A DNA stretch of 64,000 nucleotides from Sedimentisphaerales bacterium (GCA_040772485.1 JAXGYC010000008.1:192001-256000), one strand, 5' to 3'. Counted from the stretch's first letter, positions 50,180 through 59,802 are shown. Numbers and translations: made by a program. Notes: generated by a model not told the origin, from the letters alone.

Positions 50180-51961
50180 CTACTTGTTGAGACCCTTGTG
50201 GTTCATGAATTCCCAAATGCGCCCCATCCAGGTATAGCTGCCCGTGCCCGGAGCCGCTTTCCTCTGGAAGCAGTGATTGCGTCCGACGAGCGTGTGGAGA
50301 TCGGACTGGATTCCCATCCGGCGAAGCTGCTCCCAGCATTTCACCGAATTCATCGCCGCCCAACCGTCCGCATCGCCGTGGATGAACAGGATCGGACAGG
50401 TCGCGAGGTCGAACGAGAACTCAGGGACGAGCCTCGCGTCGTCCTCGTTGCCGCCCTTCGCATTAGGGGCTTCTGCGCCGTCCGTGAGCGCGTACGCCGG
50501 ATAAATCGCGACCGCCCACTGCAGGTTGCAGGGGATCTTGTCAAGGTCGTCGATCGGCCAATAGGAACGACGCTGCGAGCTGGTCGCGCCCATGATCGTC
50601 AGGTGTCCGCCGGCCGAGGAGCCCATGATGCCGATGCGGTTGGGATCGAGCCCCTTCGCCGCGGCCTCGCTGCGGACGATTCGGATGGCGCGCTGCAGAT
50701 CCTGCCACGCCGTCGTGTGCTTGGCCAGCCCGCCCAGCGGACGCGGCGTGCGGTATTTCATCGTTACGACCGTCATGCCCTTCTCGTTCAGGTAACGCCG
50801 CGCCGGCGCGACTTCGAATCCGTCCGGATCGTTGCCCATGTAGCTGCCGCCCGAGTAGATGATCTGGATCGCCTTCGTCTTGAGTTCCTTCGGCATGTGC
50901 CACTCGATATAAGGCACGCACTGGTTCGTCTGCACATCCGGCATCTTGCCTTCCGGCCAGATCGGCTCCTTGAGGTATTCGCCGCGAGCATCGTCGTTCA
51001 AATAGCGGGCCATCAGATCTTCTTCCTCGCCGAGACGCCCGTCAAAATTCATCTGGCGGAGGTACTCGGCGATACGGTCGAGCCAGTGGTCGTAAGCCGT
51101 GCCGTCCTCGCCCTTGCCCGCGTCGCCCATGAAACCGTGGGGACGGTCTGCGAAGAGATGGATCTCGGCCGGGATCTTCATCCTGCGGAGCTGGCGGTAG
51201 ATCTGCGTGGAGCCGTTCGGCGAATAGATGTCTGCCCCGCCGTGGAAGAGCGCCATCGGACACGTCTTCGCGTCGAACTTGAACACGTCCGAGAGCTTGA
51301 CGTCGATCGCGTCGCCCTCGCGCGTGTTGGGGCCGGTCAGTCCGTCCGTCAGCGCGTAGGCGGTGTAGATCGGCACGGCCCAGTTGACGTGGCACGGAAG
51401 CTGGTCGAGTTCGTCGACCGGCCCATACGCCGGTGTCAGCGCGCTCGTCGCGAGCAGGACCGTCAGGTGCGAGCCCGCGGAGAACCCGAACGCACCGATC
51501 TTCTCCGGGTCGAATCCTCGTTCTTTCGCCTCGTTGCGGACGAGACGGACGGCGCGTTGCCCATCCTCCCATCCGCTCTGGTAGATCGGCAACCCTTGCG
51601 GCCGCGGCGTACGGTAGGTGAGGCTGGCGCAAACGAACCCGAGTTCGGTGAACGTCTTCGCGACCCGGTCGATCCACACCCCGTCGCAGCAACTGTAATA
51701 ACCGCCGCCGGAAATGAGCAGCATGCATCCGCCGTTTTTCTCCGCCGGCGCGTCGTACCAGTCGAGATACGGCATCGCATGGTCCGCCGCCTTGAATCCT
51801 GGAGCCTTCACCTCCTGGGTGGTTGCCGCGATCTGACCGGTCTGGAAATCCGGGATCTTCCCTTCCGGCCACAGCGCGACCCGCTCCCCGGCGAACGCTT
51901 GAACGGCAACCAGTAACCAAGAACAAAGAACCGCTGATAGGAATTTTGATTTTAGAGTCAT
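50180..51961 (-). CDS. Secreted tandem alpha/beta-hydrolase (two carbohydrate-esterase-like domains)
   Basis: Two related halves, each with SGG.Y, YRTPRP, W.D.QRA.R.VR, a GxSAG nucleophile (GFSAG, GSSAG), HG.AD and a catalytic His region. Confidence 0.88.
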   Translation of the reverse strand: MTLKSKFLSAVLCSWLLVAVQAFAGERVALWPEGKIPDFQTGQIAATTQEVKAPGFKAADHAMPYLDWYDAPAEKNGGCMLLISGGGYYSCCDGVWIDRVAKTFTELGFVCASLTYRTPRPQGLPIYQSGWEDGQRAVRLVRNEAKERGFDPEKIGAFGFSAGSHLTVLLATSALTPAYGPVDELDQLPCHVNWAVPIYTAYALTDGLTGPNTREGDAIDVKLSDVFKFDAKTCPMALFHGGADIYSPNGSTQIYRQLRRMKIPAEIHLFADRPHGFMGDAGKGEDGTAYDHWLDRIAEYLRQMNFDGRLGEEEDLMARYLNDDARGEYLKEPIWPEGKMPDVQTNQCVPYIEWHMPKELKTKAIQIIYSGGSYMGNDPDGFEVAPARRYLNEKGMTVVTMKYRTPRPLGGLAKHTTAWQDLQRAIRIVRSEAAAKGLDPNRIGIMGSSAGGHLTIMGATSSQRRSYWPIDDLDKIPCNLQWAVAIYPAYALTDGAEAPNAKGGNEDDARLVPEFSFDLATCPILFIHGDADGWAAMNSVKCWEQLRRMGIQSDLHTLVGRNHCFQRKAAPGTGSYTWMGRIWEFMNHKGLNK

Positions 51962-51967
51962 GCCACG

Positions 51968-51997
51968 ATTATATCACCTGTGGGGACAGCAATTCAA
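51968..51997 (-). promoter_or_regulatory. Sigma-70-like promoter, possibly giving a leaderless mRNA
   Basis: Minus strand TTGAAT-N18-TATAAT with an extended TG; ATG follows 6 nt after the -10 box and there is no SD. Confidence 0.5.
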
Positions 51998-52009
51998 GGG
52001 AGGAATCAG

Positions 52010-53206
52010 CTGAGTCATCCGCAGTTTTGACCGAGGAGTTCGTGCTTCAAGCGGCGCAAGAGATACTGGCAGGTGGGGAGAGGGCAGGTTTGCATGAACA
52101 GGCCGATGGTGAAGAGACTGCATTCGCCCGTCCGGTTGTTGGAGCACCACCGGCCGGGGCGGAATCGTTCGGAGGCGTACAGGCCGACCGTCACCAGGAG
52201 CAGATACGCCAAGGCCAGAATAAGCAGAAACCGACTCAAACGCTGGGAATCCTTGATCTGGATCAAACGCAGAGCAAACCCATTGCGTTTGTTTTTCACG
52301 TCACGAAAGTACTCTTCAATGCTCATCCGCCGCGCAAAGACCTTGGACAAGACTTGGGCGCGAAGGTGCTCTTCGTCCGTCATCAGATACCAGGGTTCCG
52401 ACTGATCCGGCAGCCAAACCACAGCCACGTCCTGCACGACGGGCCGCTCTTTGCGATACGAGACGTGGCGTAGCAGGTGTCTCTGGCCCCGATGGATCGG
52501 GTAATCCGCCAGGCGACCGGTGAACCGCGAACTGCTCACCCACACCGACGGCTGGATGCGGATGATGTAATGGAACTTCAGTTCCTGGCACACGCGGGCC
52601 ATCTCCGTTCGACCGAACCCCCGATCGGCGAGAAGCGTCACCCGGACCGAAGCGGCCACCATGGTGTGAAACAGACGCAGCAACCCGTATTCCAGATTGT
52701 TCTGCGAGCGATAGACCTCCTCGTAACGGTACACCGCCCACAGCAAAGGCAAGGCCCGGCCTCGCAGACGAGCCGCCAGGACCAGGCACTGAAAGTGGCG
52801 GATATCCACCCAATCGAGGCTCACCAGCAGCTTTTTTCGGGGTTGGGCGAGCCACTGGACCACGCCCCGCATCGCTTCGCTCGGCTCGACCCGAGTGTTT
52901 CCTACAAAGCGGTCGACCCGCTTGATCCCCTGCTTGGCGGCCAGCGCCGATTGCCCCGCCAATGCCCGTCCCAGTTGGGCCAGCGAGGCCCGCACCACGA
53001 TCATCGCCGCCGGAACCAAGACGCTCAAGGTTTTGGCCTGCGAGAGCCGAAGACAAGAGCATACCGAACGTACAAAATCCGAAATCTCCTGGCGTTTCAT
53101 GGTCGACTCCTTTCGATCGAGTTGGCAGGTTTGTTTCTTCACCAGCTCTCATCGTCAAAGAGTCGACCTTTTCATTGGGCTCTACCTCAAACTGGGGATG
53201 ACTCAG
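52010..53206 (-). mobile_element. Complete IS4-family (IS10-like) insertion sequence
   Basis: TIRs CTGAGTCATCC(G/C)CAGTTT at both ends; perfect 9-bp TSD AGGAATCAG at 52001-52009 and 53207-53215. Confidence 0.93.
52015..53100 (-). CDS. IS4-family DDE transposase
   Basis: VSLDW, LADRGF, EPWYLMT and FARRMSIEEYFRDVK (YREK-like motif); AAGGAG RBS; stop codon lies within the TIR. Confidence 0.9.
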   Translation of the reverse strand: MKRQEISDFVRSVCSCLRLSQAKTLSVLVPAAMIVVRASLAQLGRALAGQSALAAKQGIKRVDRFVGNTRVEPSEAMRGVVQWLAQPRKKLLVSLDWVDIRHFQCLVLAARLRGRALPLLWAVYRYEEVYRSQNNLEYGLLRLFHTMVAASVRVTLLADRGFGRTEMARVCQELKFHYIIRIQPSVWVSSSRFTGRLADYPIHRGQRHLLRHVSYRKERPVVQDVAVVWLPDQSEPWYLMTDEEHLRAQVLSKVFARRMSIEEYFRDVKNKRNGFALRLIQIKDSQRLSRFLLILALAYLLLVTVGLYASERFRPGRWCSNNRTGECSLFTIGLFMQTCPLPTCQYLLRRLKHELLGQNCG

Positions 53207-53256
53207 AGGAATCAGCCCAGGGGCCGACGTAGAACGGCATGGGTTCAGTCATGTGC

Positions 53257-53544
53257 GAGGTATAACCGAAAGTTGTGGATGGCGTGCATGAAAAGAGCGG
53301 CGTATCCTTCTGAGTTGGAACATTCACGGAAGACTCATAGGAAAGGACACGCCACATGGCAGACAGTACCGTATCGAGCACCATTGTGTCAATCGGTTCC
53401 AGGGATGCGTTGAACGAGATTTTGCGGCAAGGAGCGCAGCAGATGTTGACGCAGGCCATTGAGAACGAGGTGGCTGAATACCTCGGTCGTCACGCGGAGC
53501 AGCGTGACGATGAGGGTCGACGGCTGGTCATCCGCAACGGGTAA
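53257..53544 (+). pseudogene. IS256-family left end with truncated transposase N-terminus (ORF 53356-53544)
   Basis: DALNEILRQGAQQMLTQAIENEVAEYL...RRLVIRNG then stop; typical IS256 N-terminus. Confidence 0.75.
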
Positions 53545-53548
53545 CACA

Positions 53549-53988
53549 GTCTCCCACTCCATCAGTGTGTTCTTTCCATGTCACAATGAGGAGGAGAACC
53601 TTCCGACATTGATCGGTACGGCTGTGGCGGTTCTTGAAGATCTGGGCGTGGACTTTGAAATCCTTGTCATCGATGATGGTAGTCGTGATAACACAGCCGC
53701 CATTGCCGACACATTCGCTCAAGATGATTCTCGGATAAGAGTCATACATCACCCCACGAATCTGGGCTATGGAGCTGCCTTGCGATCGGGTTTCGAAGCA
53801 GCATCAAAAGACCTTGTGTTCTACACGGATGGCGATGGTCAATTTGACATTCACGAAATGCCAGGGTTGTTGCCTCTCTTGGACGAATACGATATTGTCA
53901 GTTGTTACAGACTCCACCGAGCGGATCCATTGGTACGAAAGTTCAATGCCTGGTGCTGGACAAGACTGGTTGGCGCAATCTTCGGAAC
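53549..53988 (+). pseudogene. Glycosyltransferase family 2 fragment (no start codon, C-terminus missing)
   Basis: SISVFFPCHNEE, EILVIDDGSRDNT, NLGYGAALRSG and YTDGDGQ. Fused to the IS256 fragment and cut off before the integrase 3' end. Confidence 0.75.
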
Positions 53989-54017
53989 CGCACGAACAAC
54001 TCTGTATGGATCGGCCC

Positions 54018-55292
54018 CTACGATGCCGCTTCCTCCCCCGCCGTGCAAATGAGCCGCAACTTCGGGCCGACCGGCACCGGTTCCTTTTGATCGAGCTTCT
54101 CAAGGATTTGCTTCAGGATGACTTCGGTCTTGTCCGCCGTTGGAGATCTGCCGGGACTGAACTCCACCACGTCGTGCATCTTCTCGGGCATGAGGGCGGC
54201 GTAATGTCGGCGGCAGATTTCCGGCGAATTGCCCATGAGCTCGGCGATCTTGTACAGCGATTCGCCCTTCTGGGCCAGGTGACTGCCGAAGGTGTGCCGG
54301 AAATCCAGACACGACCAGCTCAGACCATGGGACCTGTTGATCTCCCGCAAATCCTGGGAGAAGTTGTCGGCGTCCCACCGTCGTCCGCGGGGAGAAGGAA
54401 AGAACCATGGCTCGCTGCGCTGCGGCGAGTAGGCCGCAAGAATCTCATGCAGTGCCCCGCTGATCGGCACGACCCGATTGCGTTTGGTCTTGGGCTGCCA
54501 GTGCTCTCCGTTGATAACCTTGGCGCGAACGTAGATCAGCGGCTTGTCCAGATCGACGTCGTCGACAATCAGCCACAGCCCTTCCTCCCGGCGAAGACCG
54601 GCGTAGATGAACGTCGCCACCATGGCTTTTAGGGTGGGCGAGTCGCGGAGGACGACCAGTTGTTCGCAGATCTGCTCCTGCGTGAGCCAAGTGATCAGTG
54701 GAGCACTTTCCTGTGCTCTCCTCACACCCTCCATGGGATTGCGGTACCGGTGACCGGGACAAACATACCCATGGTGTTCGATCGCATAGTTGAACATCCG
54801 GTGAAGAACCCCACGAATCCGATTCGCCGTCTTGGGCGCTATGTGGTCCTCCATGACGCGTTCACGGATGTACCCGCTAATGGTCTCTGGGGAAAGCTCC
54901 TCCAGGTGCCGTGCAGGTACAGCTCGGTCATATGCTCTTGGGGTCGACTGGGATACGGATGCTCCACCATCTCGGAACCTATGGTTCACTTTACTGCCCG
55001 GCTGCAAGGCGGGACAACGAGGTCCGAGGAACATGCGCAGATATAAGATGTCGTTCTTGGCGCTCTTGCGTGTCCGAGTCCGCCACAGGAACTCACAGAA
55101 CGACTGCACAAAGTCGTCAACCGGCGTATTGGACGGCTTTTTCAACTGACCGGTAACTTCAAGTGCTTCCAGGCGCTTCTTCTTTTCGACTGCCACCCGT
55201 TCATGGGGGGTTCGCAGGGATCTCGAAACGGACTTCCCGCCGATCAAGTAATGAACCCACCATATGCGTCCGCGTTTGTAGATACTGGCCAT
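54018..55292 (-). CDS. Tyrosine recombinase/phage-type integrase
   Basis: Arm-binding-like N-terminus MASIYKRGRIWW; AGLRREE, PKTKR, DFRHTF, LMGNS and RHY. Adjacent to the tRNA. Confidence 0.9.
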   Translation of the reverse strand: MASIYKRGRIWWVHYLIGGKSVSRSLRTPHERVAVEKKKRLEALEVTGQLKKPSNTPVDDFVQSFCEFLWRTRTRKSAKNDILYLRMFLGPRCPALQPGSKVNHRFRDGGASVSQSTPRAYDRAVPARHLEELSPETISGYIRERVMEDHIAPKTANRIRGVLHRMFNYAIEHHGYVCPGHRYRNPMEGVRRAQESAPLITWLTQEQICEQLVVLRDSPTLKAMVATFIYAGLRREEGLWLIVDDVDLDKPLIYVRAKVINGEHWQPKTKRNRVVPISGALHEILAAYSPQRSEPWFFPSPRGRRWDADNFSQDLREINRSHGLSWSCLDFRHTFGSHLAQKGESLYKIAELMGNSPEICRRHYAALMPEKMHDVVEFSPGRSPTADKTEVILKQILEKLDQKEPVPVGPKLRLICTAGEEAAS

Positions 55293-55384
55293 GGCAAAGC
55301 TCCTTTCTGTCGTCGCCACGGCCCATTCCCGGGGGTCAGACTGCAGCAGAAATTGCTGCACTTTTGCCACAGTCCCCGCTGCGC

Positions 55385-55416
55385 AAAAAAATAGGACAGG
55401 CCTAAATGCCTGTCCT
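55385..55416 (-). terminator. Rho-independent terminator of the tRNA-fMet gene
   Basis: AGGACAGGC-N6-GCCTGTCCT stem followed by a T-run on the minus strand. Confidence 0.7.
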
Positions 55417-55432
55417 TGTGCGACTTACGCAA

Positions 55433-55506
55433 TAGCGGGGGGAGGATTCGAACCTCCGACCTCCGGGTTATGGGCCCGACGAGCTACCAGACTGCTCTAC
55501 CCCGCG
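55433..55506 (-). tRNA. tRNA-Met(CAT), initiator (fMet) type
   Basis: CGCGGGGTAGAGCAGTCTGGTAGCTCGTCGGGCCCATAACCCGGAGGTCGGAGGTTCGAATCCTCCCCCCGCTA: C1xU72 mismatch, three G-C pairs in the anticodon stem, TTCGAAT T-loop. CCA is not encoded. Confidence 0.96.
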
Positions 55507-55631
55507 GTCAATTCTATCGAGATACGCTCCGGACGGCATTCTGTTCAAACCATCCGGCGCGCCTTCAAAGCCAATTCACACGCACCGCAAAACTAACACA
55601 AACCGCACGCGACATCAAGCACAAGTTCCGA

Positions 55632-56045
55632 TCAGGTCAGATTTCTGCGAATCTTCTCTGCGATTTCCGCGCTGCGGCCTTCGGGATACTTGTGGGCGGG
55701 CCACTGCGTAAAGACGCCGTCGCCTGTCCCGCGCGGCACGATGTGAAAGTGCAGGTGATCGACGATCTGGCCTGCGGCCCGGCCGTTGTTGCACAGCACG
55801 TTGTAGCCGTCCGCCTTCATCGCCCTCGCAATCGCACCCGCGATCCGGCCCAGACGCGACCATACGTCTGCCAGAACCTGCGGATCACATTCGTGGACTC
55901 TCCCGCAGTGGACCTTTGGAATCACCAGCGTGTGGCCATCGCTGATCGGTCCGATGTCGAGAAAGGCCAGCACCGCCTCATCCTCGTAGACCTTGACTAC
56001 CGGAATCTCTCCGGCAACCATTTTGCAGAAGATGCAGTCATCCAT
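55632..56045 (-). CDS. HIT family nucleotide hydrolase
   Basis: MDDCIFCK, FLDI.P, GHTLVIPK and HLHFHIVP. Confidence 0.93.
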   Translation of the reverse strand: MDDCIFCKMVAGEIPVVKVYEDEAVLAFLDIGPISDGHTLVIPKVHCGRVHECDPQVLADVWSRLGRIAGAIARAMKADGYNVLCNNGRAAGQIVDHLHFHIVPRGTGDGVFTQWPAHKYPEGRSAEIAEKIRRNLT

Positions 56046-56079
56046 GCTCGCCCGATCACCCCGTCGACGCGGTCCCGTG

Positions 56080-56658
56080 CTACTGCTTGTCCTCGGCGCC
56101 CCGTTCCGACTCCGTCGCCTCTGTGCCGGTCTGTTCAGAAGCCGCCGCATGACTGGCGGCCGCGGCCTTCGCCGACTTCTTGGATTTGGCCGATCCGATG
56201 GTCTTCTTCGTCTTGCCTCTCTTCGTCGAGGTCTTCCGCTCTTTCTTGACGGGCTCATCCTGCCCGAGAAGCTGAAGCAGCACGAGCTGCCCATTGTCGC
56301 CCAGACGCCGCAACGACAGACGGATGATCCGCGTGTAACCACCCGGCCGCTCCAGATAACGCGGCCCAAGCTCGCTGAACAGCTTGCCGACCACGGTCCC
56401 CTTCTTCGTGGTCTTGCCGTCCTCGATATCGAGGATATCCCGGTTGCCAAGCAACGCGATGGCACGGCGCCGATGCTCGAGCTTGCCCTTCCTGGCCAGC
56501 GTGATCAGCTTCTCCACGAAAGGCTTGACCTCTTTGGCTTTCTCGATCGTGGTCGAGATTGTCTCATGCTCGATCAGCGATTGAGCCAGGTTCCGGCGCA
56601 ACGCCAGACGGTGCTCGCTCGTTCGGCTCAACTGACGTCCTGCAACTCGATGACGCAT
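56080..56658 (-). CDS. rplQ: 50S ribosomal protein L17 with a C-terminal extension
   Basis: MRHRVAGRQLSRTSEHR, TT..KAKE and RPGGYTRI. Confidence 0.97.
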   Translation of the reverse strand: MRHRVAGRQLSRTSEHRLALRRNLAQSLIEHETISTTIEKAKEVKPFVEKLITLARKGKLEHRRRAIALLGNRDILDIEDGKTTKKGTVVGKLFSELGPRYLERPGGYTRIIRLSLRRLGDNGQLVLLQLLGQDEPVKKERKTSTKRGKTKKTIGSAKSKKSAKAAAASHAAASEQTGTEATESERGAEDKQ

Positions 56659-56713
56659 ATGCTAAGATTCCTCTTTCGATAGTGCCAAACCGTTCTCGTG
56701 ACGGTCCCGAGGG

Positions 56714-57715
56714 CTATTGTCCCCCGTCCTTCGTACCCAGCGACAGACCGATGTCGGCGAGCTTGCGTTTGATCTCGCGGAGTGAGGTCTTTCCGAAGCT
56801 GCGGATCTTCAGCAGATCCGCCTCACTCATCGCCGCCAGTTGGCGAACGGTCTCGATCTTCGCCGATTCCAGACAATTGCTGGCCCGAACCGACAATTCG
56901 AGTTCCTGAATCGGAGTATTGAGCTTGGCCTCCAATTCCTCGTCGATCTCCTTCTCAGGCTCTTCCTGCGCGAGTTCGCCGGCCACCGTTTCCTCGCCCA
57001 GCTCGAAGTACTGGACGAACGGATTGATGTGCTTGCGGAGGATCTTGGCGGCCTCGACCAGCGCCATGTCCGGCGCCACGGTGCCATTCGTCCAGATTTC
57101 CATGATGAGCCGGTCGTAGTTCGTCCGCTGACCGACGCGCGTGTTCTCGGTCGTGTAGCGAACGCGTGTCACGGGCGAATACACCGCGTCCAGGTGGATC
57201 AGCCCGATCTCCTGATCGAACCGATCCGCATCCGCGATTCGTTCCGAGACCGGGACGTACCCGCGTCCGTTCTCCACCACCATCTCCATCTCGAAATTGA
57301 CCTTGTCCGTCAACGTGGCCAGCACCGTATCCTTGCTGAAGACCTCGATCGCGGGGTCGGCCACGATGTCAGCCGCCGTGACCACGCCCACCTTGTTGGA
57401 CGAGACCTTCATCGTCTTGGGCCCTTCGCCCTGCAAGCGGATGACGAGGCTCTTGACGTTCAGCACGACATCCGTGGTATCCTCCATCACGCCGGCGATG
57501 GAGGTGAACTCATGATCCACTCCACTGATCTTGATCGAGGTGACCGCACTGCCCTCCAGCGAGGAGAGCAACACACGTCGGAGACTGTTCCCGACGGTCG
57601 TACCGAATCCACGCTCGAACGGCTCAATGTAGAACCTTCCGTACCTGTCCGTCGAAACAACGCTGTCCTTTTCAACACGAGTCGGCAACTCTAAGCCACG
57701 CCACGTCACTCGCAT
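56714..57715 (-). CDS. rpoA: RNA polymerase subunit alpha
   Basis: EPFERGFGTTVGNSLRRVLLSS and LELSVRASNCL. Confidence 0.98.
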   Translation of the reverse strand: MRVTWRGLELPTRVEKDSVVSTDRYGRFYIEPFERGFGTTVGNSLRRVLLSSLEGSAVTSIKISGVDHEFTSIAGVMEDTTDVVLNVKSLVIRLQGEGPKTMKVSSNKVGVVTAADIVADPAIEVFSKDTVLATLTDKVNFEMEMVVENGRGYVPVSERIADADRFDQEIGLIHLDAVYSPVTRVRYTTENTRVGQRTNYDRLIMEIWTNGTVAPDMALVEAAKILRKHINPFVQYFELGEETVAGELAQEEPEKEIDEELEAKLNTPIQELELSVRASNCLESAKIETVRQLAAMSEADLLKIRSFGKTSLREIKRKLADIGLSLGTKDGGQ

Positions 57716-57822
57716 ATACAGGCCTCCGATCTAAACTTTGATCCGTACACTACACAGCCTCCTGCGGAACCGATTCCCGTCGTCCGACGGGCCGCCCCAT
57801 TCCGCATTCATGGCCTCCGAGC

Positions 57823-58455
57823 CTACCGCGAGCAGAATTCCACGACCAACTGCTCTTCCACCGGAATCTGGACGTCTTCCCGGCTTGGCATCGCCACGAT
57901 GGTGGCGGCCGGCTTGTCCCGATCCAGTTGGAGCCAGGCCTGCGTCGTGAAGTTCGGGTTGCTCTCGAGCTGCTGCTTCACCTCTTTGCGGCTTCTTTCA
58001 GAGTCCTTGATCTCGATCCGGTCTCCCACGTTTGTGGTGTAGTCGCTCACATCCACCTTGCGACCATTCACGTGGACGTGCCCGTGGGCGATCAGTTGTC
58101 GAGCCCCCTTGCGAGACGGCGCGAAATTCAGTTTGTACACCACGTTGTCCAACCGCCGTTCGAGCAGTTGAAGCAGGTTCTCCCCGGTGTTGCCCTTGAG
58201 GCGCGTGGCCTCATGGAAGTACCGCATGAACTGCTGTTCATACAGGCCGTAGTACCTCTTGATCTTCTGCTTCTCACGAAGACGAACCCCATATTCGCTC
58301 AATCGTGCCCGGCGCCATCCATGCATCCCCGGCGCCAGATTCCGCTGTCGGCGCTCGACCTGGCATTTGGCGGTTTCACACTTGAGGCCTTTCAGGAACA
58401 GCTTCATTCCTTCGCGGCGGCACTGTTGACACGATGGACCGAGATAACGTCCCAT
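57823..58455 (-). CDS. rpsD: 30S ribosomal protein S4 (Cys-containing form)
   Basis: MGRYLGPSCQQCRREG, LREKQK, LERRLDNVVY and VVEFCSR. Confidence 0.97.
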   Translation of the reverse strand: MGRYLGPSCQQCRREGMKLFLKGLKCETAKCQVERRQRNLAPGMHGWRRARLSEYGVRLREKQKIKRYYGLYEQQFMRYFHEATRLKGNTGENLLQLLERRLDNVVYKLNFAPSRKGARQLIAHGHVHVNGRKVDVSDYTTNVGDRIEIKDSERSRKEVKQQLESNPNFTTQAWLQLDRDKPAATIVAMPSREDVQIPVEEQLVVEFCSR

Positions 58456-58493
58456 ATCGATCGATCTCCTGTAGAGTCTCCTGGAGCCTTTGC

Positions 58494-58874
58494 TTATACC
58501 CGTCTACGCTTCGGCGGTCGGCACCCGTTGTGCGGCAGCGGCGTGACGTCCTCGATCGAGGCGATCCGAAGCCCGGCGCCCTGGAGGGCGGAAATCGCCG
58601 ACTCGCGACCCGAGCCGGGTCCTTTGACCTTGATCTCGACCTCTCGAACACCGTTTCGCATGGCCGTGCTCGCGCAGCGCTGCGCCGCCTGCTGTGCGGC
58701 AAAGGGCGTGCTCTTTCGCGAGCCCTTGAACCCCACGCACCCGGCCGAACCGGTGCAGATCGTGTCCCCATCCATATCCGTGACGGTGATCAGCGTGTTG
58801 TTGAACGTCGCCTTGATATGAATGATCGCTCGAACCACGTTCTTCCGAACTTTTCGTTTTCCGCTCTTTGCCAT
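58494..58874 (-). CDS. rpsK: 30S ribosomal protein S11
   Basis: ATFNNT, KSTPFAA and [18 protein letters not shown]. Confidence 0.98.
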   Translation of the reverse strand: MAKSGKRKVRKNVVRAIIHIKATFNNTLITVTDMDGDTICTGSAGCVGFKGSRKSTPFAAQQAAQRCASTAMRNGVREVEIKVKGPGSGRESAISALQGAGLRIASIEDVTPLPHNGCRPPKRRRV

Positions 58875-58956
58875 CTGGTTCTCTTACCGAATAGTGCTGC
58901 CTCGTTTTCCCAGTCTGTGCGGCTTCCGCTCGCCGAACGGCGTTCGCGGACGCCGA

Positions 58957-59340
58957 TCAGCGTTTCTCTTTGACGCCCTTCTTTCCGGCCACGGTCTTGC
59001 GCGGGCCCTTGCGCGTCCGGGCGTTGCTCTGCGTACACTGGCCCCGCACCGGAAGGCCCCGGCGATGCCGGATGCCCCGATAGCAGGCGATGTCGCGGAG
59101 GCGGGCGATGTTCTGCGCCACCTGGCGGCGAAGCTGACCGCCGACCACGTAGTTGCGGTCGATGATCTGCGTGATCCGACTCAGCTCATCTTCGCTGAGC
59201 TTGTTCGCCTTGGTCATCCGCTCGATGCGGGCTTCCTTCAGAATCATCTCCGACGTATGCCGACCGATCCCCGGGATGTACGTCAGCGAAATCCAGATCG
59301 ATTTGTTGTCCGGAATATCGATACCCACTATACGCGGCAT
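58957..59340 (-). CDS. rpsM: 30S ribosomal protein S13
   Basis: [10 protein letters not shown] and [22 protein letters not shown]. Confidence 0.98.
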   Translation of the reverse strand: MPRIVGIDIPDNKSIWISLTYIPGIGRHTSEMILKEARIERMTKANKLSEDELSRITQIIDRNYVVGGQLRRQVAQNIARLRDIACYRGIRHRRGLPVRGQCTQSNARTRKGPRKTVAGKKGVKEKR

Positions 59341-59410
59341 ATTGGCTCCCTTTTAGCACCCATCTGCAATCGACGCGGGTTCTCCCGCCGTCCGTTTCGC
59401 CTACAGCCCC

Positions 59411-59524
59411 TTACCCTTGACGCTGTTTGTGCCGGGGATTCGAGCAGATGACCCGAACGACCCCGCGACGACGGACGATCTTGCAATTCTCACAGATTCG
59501 TTTGACTGAGCTTCTGACCTTCAT
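59411..59524 (-). CDS. rpmJ: 50S ribosomal protein L36 (zinc-ribbon form)
   Basis: Below the ORF-track cutoff; translated by hand as [37 protein letters not shown]. Confidence 0.97.
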   Translation of the reverse strand: MKVRSSVKRICENCKIVRRRGVVRVICSNPRHKQRQG

Positions 59525-59586
59525 CTTCTCTTCCACGCTTTCCGACGACTCTCGTGCGTTGCGGCCCCTGTCCGGGCACGAACACC

Positions 59587-59802
59587 TCAATGCCGCAGTA
59601 CGATCCGTCCTCGATTGAGGTCGTACGGCGACATCTCTACCGTCACCATGTCCCCGGGAAGAATCCGAATGAAATTCATCCGCATCTTCCCCGAGACGTG
59701 GGCCAGGACCTTGTGCCCACCTTCCAACTCGACCCGAAACATCGCGTTAGGCAGAGCTTCGATCACTTTCGCTTGCAGCCGTATCGCGTCTTTCTTGGCC
59801 AT
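59587..59802 (-). CDS. infA: Translation initiation factor IF-1
   Basis: [24 protein letters not shown] and SPYDL.RGRI. Confidence 0.97.
   Translation of the reverse strand: MAKKDAIRLQAKVIEALPNAMFRVELEGGHKVLAHVSGKMRMNFIRILPGDMVTVEMSPYDLNRGRIVLRH

Larger units (their letters stand above)
8549..55480. mobile_element. Candidate ~47 kb genomic island integrated at tRNA-fMet
   Basis: tRNA 3'-half direct repeats at both ends, a tyrosine integrase next to the intact tRNA, and IS and phage remnants inside. Confidence 0.72.
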
